Part shown: positions 1 to 11,200 of the stretch, piece by piece | How the letters are laid out: every line of letters begins with the position of its first letter | Position numbering within the stretch: the stretch's first letter is position 1 | Origin: a virus | Length of the DNA: 64,000 bases | Strand: one strand, 5' to 3' | Virus record (IMG/VR): IMGVR_UViG_3300042945_001831 | Location: 17,458-81,457 of that record | Position numbers and translations under genes: made by a program | Notes under the pieces: generated by a model | Seen by the model: only the letters and a program-made list of their open reading frames with translations | Database searches by the model: none | What the model was told of the DNA's origin: nothing

Positions 1-3000
1 ACTTTACAAATTCCATCCGAAGCAAGATTTAAACAAAAAAAAATAGGTTCATATTATGCAACAAAAGAAATTCGTAAAATTTTAAATGACAATTTAGATC
101 AAAATACCTTTGAGGAGTTGGATGAACTTAATTCTCATTCTCCAATTATTGGTTGGGCATATGATGGCAATCCAATTTATGGACCGTATGGAAATTCAAA
201 GAGTATTGCAGATTCTTCTGGAACTGGTGGATTAAAGAGGATTGTTTCTGGATACACATTGGATCCAATTAATGATAATTCATTGAGACCATCATATCCA
301 TCTGGATATTTTATTGAAGATTACAATTTTGATGATAGTGGGGATCTTGATGAATATAACGGAAGATTTATTGTTAATTCTGATTTTCCAAATGGATCAT
401 ATGCTTATTTTTCAACTTTAGATGTAGATAAAAATCCAGAATTCCCATATATAACGTTTAAACATCATAATGCAACTGACTTATTCAATTATGATGTATT
501 GAAAACTCAATCAGATTCATATTTAAATACAGGAGAGTATAAGAGGAATATTACGCCACAAGGAATATCAGAGAAATATAAAAAATATCCTTTCTTTGAT
601 GATAATTTTAATTCCAATGTTGATTTACAAGTAATTCTTACAAAAAAATCTGGAATTTCAACAATTAGTGTTAAAGATGGTGGCACTAATTACAAAGTTG
701 GAGACAAAGTAATATTTTCAAATGATTCAAATATTAATTACAATGTAAAAGAAGTTTTAGGAAAAAATATTATATCAATTGCATCTTCAGAAATTATAAA
801 TGAAAATCTTGTTTTTTCATTTTTAGATAAAAAAGTTACTGCATTCAGCACAGTTCCTCACAATTTTGTAAATGGAGACATTGTTGAAATTTCTGGAATT
901 TCATCAGCACTATACAAAAACATAGAAGGATTAAAAACAATTGAAGTTTCAGCAGTAGTTTCATCATTGTCTGTTTCCATTGGAGACACAAGCACTACGG
1001 GAATTACTACATTTATCTCAATTTCAGATCCAACTTCAAATGGCAATTTTATCCCTAATAGTATCATACAAATTGATTCTGAGCAATTATTAATTTTAAA
1101 TCTTGACAATTATAATAACAGATATAGAGTTCAAAGGGCATATAATAATACCGTAGGATCAGCACACACAGCAACAAGCATAGTTCGTTTATTACCAAAA
1201 TCATTTACATTTAATAATAATTCACAAATACAATCAAATATTCAAACTAATTATTCGTATTATTTTAATCCAAATACTTCTATTGGAATTGGCAACAGTT
1301 ATACTAATGTTATCGTAGCAACATCTGGAAGTAATAATATTGTAAAATCTATTCCACCAAAATCAATATATTTACCAGATCACAAATTTAATACTGGAGA
1401 TTTAATTTCTTACACTTCTATAGGTTCAACAATAATTGCATCAAAAAATAGTTCTCTTACTCCAACATTTACATTGAATGATTTTCAAAATTTATATTGT
1501 GTTAAAATCAGTGATGAATATATTGGAATTTCCACAGAAAAAGTTGGATTTACTACTTCTTATGTTTATTTTGTTTCATATACGGGTTCAAATCATAAAT
1601 TTGAATCTATCAAAAATCAAGTAACAGGAAATTGTAAAAAAGTAAATGTCACAGTAACTGTTGAGGATTCAATTGATTTGATGAAAGGTGATAATATAAA
1701 TTTAAATATATTACCAAAATCAAATCAATATTTTAATTTTAAATTTAATGATGCTATAAAAAAATTAGTCGTCAATCCTGTTTCATTTGCATCGACAGCA
1801 GTTGGTGTTGGAACTGCAGATTCTACAATAACAATCAATAACCATAACTATAAAACTGGAGATGTAGTAGTATACACTGCAGAAAATCCAATCACACCAT
1901 TTGTGAATAATGGGATTTACTACGTAATAAAAATATCAAATTCATCTTTTAAATTGGCATCAAATTCTTATAATGCCACAAAACTAGATTATGAATATAT
2001 TGGGATTTCTTCATATGGTTCAGGAACTCACAATTTATCATTAATTAATCCAAAGTTAACTTTTTACAAAGGGAACAATGTTTCTATAGCAGTATCAGAT
2101 ACTAGCTTGTCTGGATATGATATTAAATTTTATTATGATAATGAATTTAAATCAGAATATAATTCAACTTTAATAAGAAAATATGGAGTAATTGGAAATT
2201 CAAATCCTTCATCAATAATAAACTTTTTTATTGATGATTCTATTGAAAAACAATTCTTTTATAGAATTGAAGGAAAAGATATAAAGTTTACTGATACTTA
2301 TCCTTCATCAGCAAATACCGATGTTCAAAATTATTCATTAATAGAAGTAAAACAATCCATATACAATGGATCTCATGTTGTTTCTGGAGTTGGTACAACT
2401 TCATTTAATTTTACTTTAGTTGGAACAGCAGAAACAACATTATACAATCAAACTGGGATTTCAACTGCTTATTATTTTACAAATTCTCAAAATGCAAAAG
2501 GAAAAATATTTTCAATAAAAAAAATTGACTCTAAATTAAATTTAGAAAGAATACCTCAAATTTCCTCTATAAGATCAATTGAAGGATCTGATGGTATTCT
2601 TTCAGTTGAATCAAATGATATTGGAAATATAAAAGATATTAAAGTTATAAATCAAGGTCTTGAATTTTCAAATAATAAAACATTAACACCAAAAGCAGAT
2701 GTATATACTATTTTAAAATTAAAAGATGTATATAAATTAAAAACAATTGGAATTTCTACTGGTGGTAAAAATTATACTTCTCCACCAAATGTAATTGCTA
2801 TTGGAAACTCATCAATTTTAACTAGAACTTCTATACAAGGAAGTTCTGTATCAAAAATAGAAATTATTTCAAATGACAGTGGATTATCGAATGACATTAG
2901 AATTTTACCAATCAATAATTCAAATGGAGTTGGTATTATTAATGCGACATCAAATTTTAAAATTAATACTTTATATCTAAAAGCACCACTTTTAGGATTT

Positions 3001-6000
3001 GTCGAATTTCCATTTGATATAGGAGATAAAATTTTTGTTGAAAACGTTTTAATAACTGATTCATCGGATGGTTATAATTCGAGTGATTATGATTATAAGT
3101 ATTTTACAGTTACTGAAATCAATACAATTTCTGGTTCGGAATATGTTAGATATTCAATTTCTGGTCTTGGTAATACTGGTGGATTATTCGATTCAACAAA
3201 AACTTTTGGTAGGGTCATAAAAGTAGATGATTTATGTTCATTTAATGTAGAATTTGAAAAAATTAATTTTCTAGAAGGCGAAAAGATAACTCAAATTAAT
3301 AATAATACAACCGCATATGTTTCCAAAAATGGTTGGGATTCAGAAGCACAAACTTTAAAAGTTATTAATATCGATGGAAAATTTGAGGAAAACAATCAAA
3401 TAAAAGGGTCTATAGGAAATTATAAATCAAGTATTGACTCTACATATTCATTTGATTTTGATTTAAATGTCAATTCAACTGTCAAAAAAGATAAAGATTG
3501 GAATACAGATAAAGGAAAATTAAATTTTGACAATCAAAGAATTCAAGATAGTGATTATTATCAAAGATTTTCATATTCTATAAAAGGAGAAGTTGAATAT
3601 GATGTGTGGAAAGAACCAGTTAACAGTTTAACTCATACCTCTGGATTTAAAAACTTTTCTAATTTAGAAATACTAAATGGAATTGGAAAAACATCTTCTG
3701 TGAAATCAACTGATTCGCAAATTGATTTAAATGTTGAAATATCAAGTTCATCTTCAGTAAATGATAGATTGTACTATGATCTTGCTTCTGAAGATACCAG
3801 CAATCAATCTTTGTCAAATATAATTAAATTTGATTCCAAAATTATTACAGACTACAATGAATCAAGAACAAATAAAGTTTTAGAAATTGATGATATTAGT
3901 TCACAATTTACGGGAATAACAACTACTATTGGTGGTCAAATTGTTGGTCTGACTTCATTTACTTTGTATAATAATGGAAATACACTATTATACAAACAAT
4001 TCAATTCTTCTGGAATAATAACATCTTCGTCATTGATAACAATTCCTGATCATGAATTTAATACTGGCGAAATATTGAAGTATTCTTCAAATGGAGGAAC
4101 ACCAATTGGAATTGTAACGACAACAATAGTTGGTGTTGGGACAACAACTATATTGCCATCTAATGTATATGCTATCAAAATATCCAAAGATACGATTAAA
4201 CTGGCAGTAGGATCAACTCAAGCATCTTCTGGAATAGCAATAACATTTACTTCTTCCGGCATTGGAACACAACACAGTCTTTCAGTTGAATCAAATTTGG
4301 CCTCAAGTAGATGTTTAATTACTATTGATAATATAATTCAAAGTCCATTATCTAAAAAAAATATATCAGTAGGATTGTCTACTCAAGTTGGATTGACCAC
4401 AACAACAATTTATTTGAATGATATTTCAAAGATTCAAGGAAAATCATTATTAAAAATAGAAAATGAAATTATTAAAGTCAATTTAGTTGGTGTCGGATCA
4501 ACCAATTCTCTCAATGTTATTAGAAGTTATATGGGATCTGTTGCATCCGCACATACTGTTGGTGCAGCAGTTACTGTACTGTCTGGTGATTATACTATAA
4601 ATGACGGTAAAATTTATTTTTCTGATGCTCCTTATGGTCCAACAGGAATTGGATCATTAACGTCAAAATCATCTTTTTCTGGAAGAGTATTTTATCGTTT
4701 AAATTATGGTACAAATTACATAATTGATGATATTTCAGAATCCTTTGATAGTATTCAAAACAAATTTAATTTAACAACAAACGGAACAACTTTATCTGGA
4801 ATACAAACCAGTTTTGGAATTGTTTTGGTCAATAATATTTTCCAAAGACCATTTTACGGGGATGTTGGATCTATTTTGGAGTCAGATTACCAAATTGTTG
4901 GTACTGGACAAACAATTAATTTTACTGGATCTGATTATAGAGATTTACCAAGAGGTGGAGTAATTAATGAATTTGATATAACAAACGGGAGTGGATATCA
5001 ATCACCATATAGGGCATCTGCGTATGTAACTGTTTCTGCTGGCGGAACAATTCAATCAATTGGATTATCAACTGGAGGATCTGGTTATACTGCCACACCT
5101 AGAGTTTCTATTGCAGATACACTTGGAGTTGGAATTGGGGCATCAATTATTTCATCAATAACAAATGGAATTGTGACTTCATTTACAATAATAAATCCAG
5201 GAAGTGGATATACATCTTCCAGCCCACCTACAGTTACTATAGATGAACCATATCCATACAAAAATCTATCATTAATTGGTGGTAATGGCAATGGAGCAAA
5301 AATGAATGTAGTAGTTGGTACGGGAGGAAGTATAATTTCATTTGATCTACAGAATCGTGGTTATAGATACAATGTAGGTGATGTGTTAACTCTTTCTGGA
5401 ATACCATTTAGAACTGGAATTGGAACTTCTGCATTTAAAGTTACAGTAAAGAATAGATATCAAAGTAAATTCTCTGGTTGGACTTTTGGTCAATTATTAG
5501 AACTTGATGATTTTAGCAATTTATTCAATGGATTTAGAAAGTCATTTTTATTAACAAGAACTATAGTCACTAAAGAATATTATAGTATAAATGCACAAAA
5601 AGATTCTGGAATTATTTTGAAAAATAATTTACTTATTTTCTTAAATGATGTATTACAAAAACCAGAAATAGATTACATTTTTAACGGTGGAACTAGACTT
5701 ACATTCCAAGAAGCACCAAAATCTGGAAGTAAATTAAAAATTTATTTTTATGTTGGGTCAACTGAAGATTATTTAATTATTAATGTAAATCAGTCAATAA
5801 AACCAGGAGATAGATTGAGATTACAAAAACAAAATAACGTTCCATCTCAAGACGAAAGAATCATTTATGAATTAATTGCATCAGATAGCGTAGAAACACA
5901 AACTTATGGTGGCATAGGAATAGTCACATCTTCCACATTCTTGAGACCAGTAGTTTGGTCAAAACAGTCTTCCGATATTATTATTGATGGAATTAAAATA

Positions 6001-6702
6001 TCAAAACAGAGAGATTATTTAGAACCACAAATATATCCAAGCACAAATATTATTGCATCAGTTGCATCGACTGATTCTAAAATTTATGTCAAAAATACGT
6101 ATCCATTGTTTAATAATTTAGATGATTTGTCACAAACTTTAAATGATATTAAAATAGTTGGTTTGGGAACTACTGCAGTGACAGAAAAAATAAAAAAAGT
6201 CACATATTCCGGAGATTGTGGAATTATTGTTGGAATTGCCACAAGTGCTACTGGAATAAGCACATCATCTCCTATGATTATTTTTGATATAATTCCAGAT
6301 CCAAATATTCCTGGAAATGTAGTTAAACCAGGAATTTCAACAGGTGATTATTTTGTTATTGAAAATACAATAATTGGATCTGGAGTCACTTCAATAAAGG
6401 ATAATTCATCTTCGATTGTTTCTGTTGGAAATAGCTTTATTGATAATGTTTATTATGCAAGTAATATTACTTCAATTGGATCAAGTTCCCTTCGTGTATA
6501 TTCAAACGTAAAATCTATTTCTGGAATAAACACATCATTATTACCCAAACTTAATTCTTACGGAACCTATACTTGGGGAACAATCAATATATCTAGAAAT
6601 TCAAATTCTAAATCATTTGAATTTTACAATCAAAATGGAATTGCTGGAATTGAAACATCAGCACATGTTTCTAGATTATTGCAATTAAGATTAACTTATT
6701 AA
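1..6702 (+). CDS. gp7: Large baseplate wedge initiator (cyanophage gp7-like), 5'-truncated; YHYH-type domain near the visible N-end
   Basis: Frame is open from base 1, so the TTG at 118 is not the true start. Contains HSPIIGWAYDGNPIYGPYG and GDLDEYNGRF motifs plus QDSDYYQRFSYSIK. Lies directly upstream of gp8. Confidence 0.75.
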   Translation, partial: TLQIPSEARFKQKKIGSYYATKEIRKILNDNLDQNTFEELDELNSHSPIIGWAYDGNPIYGPYGNSKSIADSSGTGGLKRIVSGYTLDPINDNSLRPSYPSGYFIEDYNFDDSGDLDEYNGRFIVNSDFPNGSYAYFSTLDVDKNPEFPYITFKHHNATDLFNYDVLKTQSDSYLNTGEYKRNITPQGISEKYKKYPFFDDNFNSNVDLQVILTKKSGISTISVKDGGTNYKVGDKVIFSNDSNINYNVKEVLGKNIISIASSEIINENLVFSFLDKKVTAFSTVPHNFVNGDIVEISGISSALYKNIEGLKTIEVSAVVSSLSVSIGDTSTTGITTFISISDPTSNGNFIPNSIIQIDSEQLLILNLDNYNNRYRVQRAYNNTVGSAHTATSIVRLLPKSFTFNNNSQIQSNIQTNYSYYFNPNTSIGIGNSYTNVIVATSGSNNIVKSIPPKSIYLPDHKFNTGDLISYTSIGSTIIASKNSSLTPTFTLNDFQNLYCVKISDEYIGISTEKVGFTTSYVYFVSYTGSNHKFESIKNQVTGNCKKVNVTVTVEDSIDLMKGDNINLNILPKSNQYFNFKFNDAIKKLVVNPVSFASTAVGVGTADSTITINNHNYKTGDVVVYTAENPITPFVNNGIYYVIKISNSSFKLASNSYNATKLDYEYIGISSYGSGTHNLSLINPKLTFYKGNNVSIAVSDTSLSGYDIKFYYDNEFKSEYNSTLIRKYGVIGNSNPSSIINFFIDDSIEKQFFYRIEGKDIKFTDTYPSSANTDVQNYSLIEVKQSIYNGSHVVSGVGTTSFNFTLVGTAETTLYNQTGISTAYYFTNSQNAKGKIFSIKKIDSKLNLERIPQISSIRSIEGSDGILSVESNDIGNIKDIKVINQGLEFSNNKTLTPKADVYTILKLKDVYKLKTIGISTGGKNYTSPPNVIAIGNSSILTRTSIQGSSVSKIEIISNDSGLSNDIRILPINNSNGVGIINATSNFKINTLYLKAPLLGFVEFPFDIGDKIFVENVLITDSSDGYNSSDYDYKYFTVTEINTISGSEYVRYSISGLGNTGGLFDSTKTFGRVIKVDDLCSFNVEFEKINFLEGEKITQINNNTTAYVSKNGWDSEAQTLKVINIDGKFEENNQIKGSIGNYKSSIDSTYSFDFDLNVNSTVKKDKDWNTDKGKLNFDNQRIQDSDYYQRFSYSIKGEVEYDVWKEPVNSLTHTSGFKNFSNLEILNGIGKTSSVKSTDSQIDLNVEISSSSSVNDRLYYDLASEDTSNQSLSNIIKFDSKIITDYNESRTNKVLEIDDISSQFTGITTTIGGQIVGLTSFTLYNNGNTLLYKQFNSSGIITSSSLITIPDHEFNTGEILKYSSNGGTPIGIVTTTIVGVGTTTILPSNVYAIKISKDTIKLAVGSTQASSGIAITFTSSGIGTQHSLSVESNLASSRCLITIDNIIQSPLSKKNISVGLSTQVGLTTTTIYLNDISKIQGKSLLKIENEIIKVNLVGVGSTNSLNVIRSYMGSVASAHTVGAAVTVLSGDYTINDGKIYFSDAPYGPTGIGSLTSKSSFSGRVFYRLNYGTNYIIDDISESFDSIQNKFNLTTNGTTLSGIQTSFGIVLVNNIFQRPFYGDVGSILESDYQIVGTGQTINFTGSDYRDLPRGGVINEFDITNGSGYQSPYRASAYVTVSAGGTIQSIGLSTGGSGYTATPRVSIADTLGVGIGASIISSITNGIVTSFTIINPGSGYTSSSPPTVTIDEPYPYKNLSLIGGNGNGAKMNVVVGTGGSIISFDLQNRGYRYNVGDVLTLSGIPFRTGIGTSAFKVTVKNRYQSKFSGWTFGQLLELDDFSNLFNGFRKSFLLTRTIVTKEYYSINAQKDSGIILKNNLLIFLNDVLQKPEIDYIFNGGTRLTFQEAPKSGSKLKIYFYVGSTEDYLIINVNQSIKPGDRLRLQKQNNVPSQDERIIYELIASDSVETQTYGGIGIVTSSTFLRPVVWSKQSSDIIIDGIKISKQRDYLEPQIYPSTNIIASVASTDSKIYVKNTYPLFNNLDDLSQTLNDIKIVGLGTTAVTEKIKKVTYSGDCGIIVGIATSATGISTSSPMIIFDIIPDPNIPGNVVKPGISTGDYFVIENTIIGSGVTSIKDNSSSIVSVGNSFIDNVYYASNITSIGSSSLRVYSNVKSISGINTSLLPKLNSYGTYTWGTINISRNSNSKSFEFYNQNGIAGIETSAHVSRLLQLRLTY

Positions 6703-6708
6703 TTAAAG

Positions 6709-6716
6709 TATAAATA
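6709..6716 (+). promoter_or_regulatory. T4-type late promoter TATAAATA
   Basis: Exact gp55 consensus in the intergenic gap before gp8. Confidence 0.8.
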
Positions 6717-6732
6717 GTCAAAAAGACACAAA

Positions 6733-8295
6733 ATGCCCGCCATAATTACTGATCAGTTTAGAATATTAAACACTGAAACTTTTGTTCAAAGTTTTACTGG
6801 AATTGGCACTACAACAAATTATTATTATAGTTTTTTGGCTCATCCAAATCCCACAAATACAAATATTGAAAATTATGGTACTTCTGATTGGCAAACAGAT
6901 CCACCAGAACCAAAAGATTCATTGAGAGAAGAAAATTTATACTTTGATAGTATGTTATTTTTAAAAAGAATAACATCCAATGATGTTGCTAGAATTATTC
7001 CTAGAATTAATTGGGAATCTGGCGTAAGATATGATATGTATAAAAATAATTATAGTATCGACAACCCTTCATCGCAAACTAATGCAAAAACTTTATATGA
7101 ATCTAGTTTTTATGTCTTAAATTCCGAATATAAAGTATACATTTGTTTAAATAATGGATCAAATCCAGAATATTTAAATGGACAAAAATCTTTATATGAA
7201 CCAAATTTTGTAGACACAAATCCACAACAAGCAGGAGATGATGGATATTTGTGGAAGTATCTTTATACAATTTCACCATCAGATATTTTAAAATTTACAA
7301 CTGAAAATTATATTCCTGTTCCAAAATTTTGGGGAGATCAAACAACAGAATCTATTAAAAATTCTGCAGTGAATGGAAAAATACAAACGGCAATTATAAA
7401 AAATAGAGGATCTGGATATACCCTTTCTGGTGGTGGAGGTTCAACTGGAACTATTACGGATATTCCAATACTAGGAGATGGCACTGGAGGAACAGTAACA
7501 ATAACAATTAATAGTGGAGAAATTGATACAATACAAGTTACAAATGGTGGTTCAAATTATACCAAAGCATTTATAAACTTTGGTGTTGGGTTAGGAGGAA
7601 ATCCAGAGATTACAGGAGGTTCTGGAGGTTCTTTTGAAGTAATTATTCCTCCAGTTGGTGGTCATGGATTTAATATTTATAAAGAACTTGGAGCATACAG
7701 GGCTATGGTCTATTCAAAATATGACTCTGACCCAGATTATGTAATTGGAAACAATTTTTCAAGAATTGGAATAATTAAAAATCCAGTTGTTTATGGTAGT
7801 CAAATAGAACCAATAAATACTTCCACAGCAACAAATCTTGGTGCATTAAAATTAAAACCAGTGGGAGCTGGTAATACATCGGATACATCATATCCAATAA
7901 ATGCATTAATAACACAATCTGTTGGAGTTGGGTCCACTGCAGTTGGATATGTTGCTTCTTGGAATGGAAATACTGGTATTTTAAAATACTATCAACCAGT
8001 TGGTCTCTCAACATTGTCTACATATGGATATAAGTTGAATTCATTTGTTGGTTCTGGAACAACAATAAATTGTTCCACCGTCAGTGGATCTCCATTAATT
8101 GTAGATACATCATTTGGAGGTGATAATATTCAAGTTGGCGGAAAAGTGATTCAACTCGGACAAACTTTTTCATCTGGAATTTCAAATCCAGATATAAAAA
8201 AATATTATGGTGAAATAATTTATATTGATAACAGAGCTCCAATCACGAGATCTGCTTCACAAAAAGAAGAATTAAAAATTGTAGTAGAATTCTAA
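6733..8295 (+). CDS. gp8: Baseplate wedge subunit
   Basis: MPAIITDQFRI start, YKVYICLNNG, DGYLWKYLYTI, and C-terminal GEIIYIDNR...QKEELKIVVEF typical of gp8. Confidence 0.9.
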   Translation: MPAIITDQFRILNTETFVQSFTGIGTTTNYYYSFLAHPNPTNTNIENYGTSDWQTDPPEPKDSLREENLYFDSMLFLKRITSNDVARIIPRINWESGVRYDMYKNNYSIDNPSSQTNAKTLYESSFYVLNSEYKVYICLNNGSNPEYLNGQKSLYEPNFVDTNPQQAGDDGYLWKYLYTISPSDILKFTTENYIPVPKFWGDQTTESIKNSAVNGKIQTAIIKNRGSGYTLSGGGGSTGTITDIPILGDGTGGTVTITINSGEIDTIQVTNGGSNYTKAFINFGVGLGGNPEITGGSGGSFEVIIPPVGGHGFNIYKELGAYRAMVYSKYDSDPDYVIGNNFSRIGIIKNPVVYGSQIEPINTSTATNLGALKLKPVGAGNTSDTSYPINALITQSVGVGSTAVGYVASWNGNTGILKYYQPVGLSTLSTYGYKLNSFVGSGTTINCSTVSGSPLIVDTSFGGDNIQVGGKVIQLGQTFSSGISNPDIKKYYGEIIYIDNRAPITRSASQKEELKIVVEF

Positions 8296-8299
8296 AGAA

Positions 8300-11200
8300 A
8301 TGGCACAAAACACTAATTTAAATATCTCTCCATATTTTGATGATTTTGATGAGAATAAAAACTACAAGAAAGTTTTATTCAAACCTGGATTTCCAATTCA
8401 ATCCAGAGAATTAAACACTCTACAATCAATTCTTCAAAATCAAACTGAAAAATTTGGTCAATATTTTTTTAAAGAGGGATCAGTTGTTATTCCAGGGGCA
8501 ACTTTTTATGATGATAGATATTTTGCCGTCAGAATAGATCCATATTTTTTAAATATACCAGTAAAAGAATATACAAGTATATTATCGTCCGAAGAAATTG
8601 AAATAAAAGGAGAAACTTCTGGTGTAACCGCAACTGTTGTTAATAGAATTACAGATACAGAATCCATAGATGGATTTGATACTCTTTATGTAAAATATAA
8701 ATCCTCGGGAACAGATCCAAATGTAAAAACTTTTATTGATGGTGAGAATTTAATTACGCTTTCGGATATTAATTATTCTTTAACTAAAATTTCAACAAAT
8801 AGTTCATTTGCAAAGTGTATAAATTCAAATGCAACTAAAATTGGATCTTCCGCTTCAATTAATGATGGAGTTTATTTTATAAGAGGATATTTTGTAAAAG
8901 TTCAAAAAGAAACAATAATTTTAGATCAATATAGCAATGCTCCTAGTTATAGGATTGGTTTATTAATTAATGAACAAATTATCTCAGCATCAAGTGAAAA
9001 TCAAGATCTTTTTGACAATGCTCAAGGATTTCCAAATGAATCAGCACCTGGAGCTGATAGATTTAAAATCAGTGCAAGTTTACACAAAAAAGAATTAACT
9101 GATTTAAATGATCAAAATTTTGTAGAATTAATTCGTGTAAATCAAGGAATATTGCAAAAATTTGTCAATAAAACAGAATTAAATATTTTCAAAGAAGAAT
9201 TAGCAAGAAGAACATTTGAAGAGTCTGGAGATTATTACGTTTCCCCATTTGCTATTGACGTTAGAGAATCTTTAAATGACAGAATCTCCAATAGAGGTGT
9301 ATATTATGAAAATCAATTAACGCAAAACGGAAATACTCCATCTGATGATATTTTTGTTTTGCAAGTTTCTCCAGGAAAAGCATATGTTAGAGGATATGAT
9401 ATTGATAAATTATCTACATCATCCATAGATTTAGTAAAACCAAGAACCACGAAATCAAAACAGAATGTAAGTTTACCAATAAAAATTGGAAATTTAGTCA
9501 GAACAAATAACGTGTATGGTTCTCCAAAAATTGGATTTTCAACAACATATACAATAAATTTGTTAAATCAAAGATTGGATAGCAATCGCACAATTGGATC
9601 AGCGACAACTATTGGCATCGCTAGAGTTTATGATTTCAATCAAAGATTTGTTTCTGGTATTTCGACCACTGAATACGATTTAAGACTTTTTGATATTCAA
9701 ACATATACTTCAGTTACAATTGGACTTGGTATCACTGCATCAGCAGATTCGCACATTAAAGGTCAATATAGTGGTGCAACTGGATTTTTGAAAAATTCAA
9801 TTGCAAATGAAACATCTTTAACCATATATGATACTAAAGGAAATTTTTCAATTAATGAACCAATTATAGTTAATGGAATTAATGTAGGTAGAAATTTAAC
9901 ATCAATAGTAGATTATAACTTTACTGATGTTAAATCAGTATATGGAGCAGTTGGAGTATCGACTTTTGCTTCTGATTTGGTTTTGGGACAAAAAGCAAAA
10001 GTTTTTACAGAAACAAGTCAATTTACAATTACTCCGGGAACGACAGGGATTAGTACAGTAACAAGCCCAAGTGTTTCGGATTTTAGGTCATTAGTAAAAA
10101 TTGGAGATATTGTACAATATTCTAGACCAGGATTTAGTACAATTACATACAATAGAGTATCAAATGTTTCTGCAACTAAGTTAACAGTTGTTGGTGTATC
10201 TACAGTCATTGGAGTGTGTGAAGGTAATCTTCCTTCTTCTGGGTCGGATTTGACTGTTACTGATTTTGATGTTGTAATTCCATCATTAGAGGATGCATCC
10301 AATCCTGGATATACAATTGATATACAAAATAGATATGTTTCTTCAATTAATTTATTAGATTCTACGTATATTGCAAGAAAACAAATTTTAAAAAATATTA
10401 CAGCATCTACATATACTTTTTATTTGAGTGATCTTGGAGATAATAATATTTATTTTGAACCATTCAAAGAAGATAATTATATTTTAACTTGGGAAACAGG
10501 ACAAAAGGAAGTTTTAACTAGCGCACAAGTATCGTTTAGTTCAAATTTAAGAGAATTGACTATTTCTGGTCTTTCTAGAACTGGAAACGCAACTTTATCT
10601 TGCACAGTAAAGAGAACAACACTTTCATCTAAAGAAAAAACATTAGTTAGATGCAATGAATTAATAATTAATAGATCAAAATATAGTGGATCTGGAATTG
10701 GATCAACTACTTTTAATGATGGCCTTACTTATAATTCAGTATATGGAACTAGAGTACAGGATGATGAAATTTCATTAAATTATCCAGACATTTATAGAAT
10801 TTTAGGTGTTTTTGAATCAAATGATAGTAATAATCCAACTTTACCAGCATTGACAGTCTCATCTCAATCTGACAGTTTTGTAAATAATGTAAAGATAGGA
10901 GAACAACTTATTGGAAATTCTTCTGGGGCACTTGCTCGTGTCGTGTATGTTGATGGATCAAATCAAATAAGGTTTGTATATGAAAATGAAAAAACTTTTG
11001 AAATTGAAGAAATAATAACATTTAAAACTTCTTCTATTGTTGCAACTATTAGTATTTTAATAGTTGGTGATAGAAATATTATTAGAAATTATCAATTTGA
11101 TGATGGGTATAGATTAGAATATGCAGATTATGGAAGAATTATAAGAAACTCTGGAATTGCAGAACCAACTAAAAAATTAAGTATTATTTTTGATTATTAT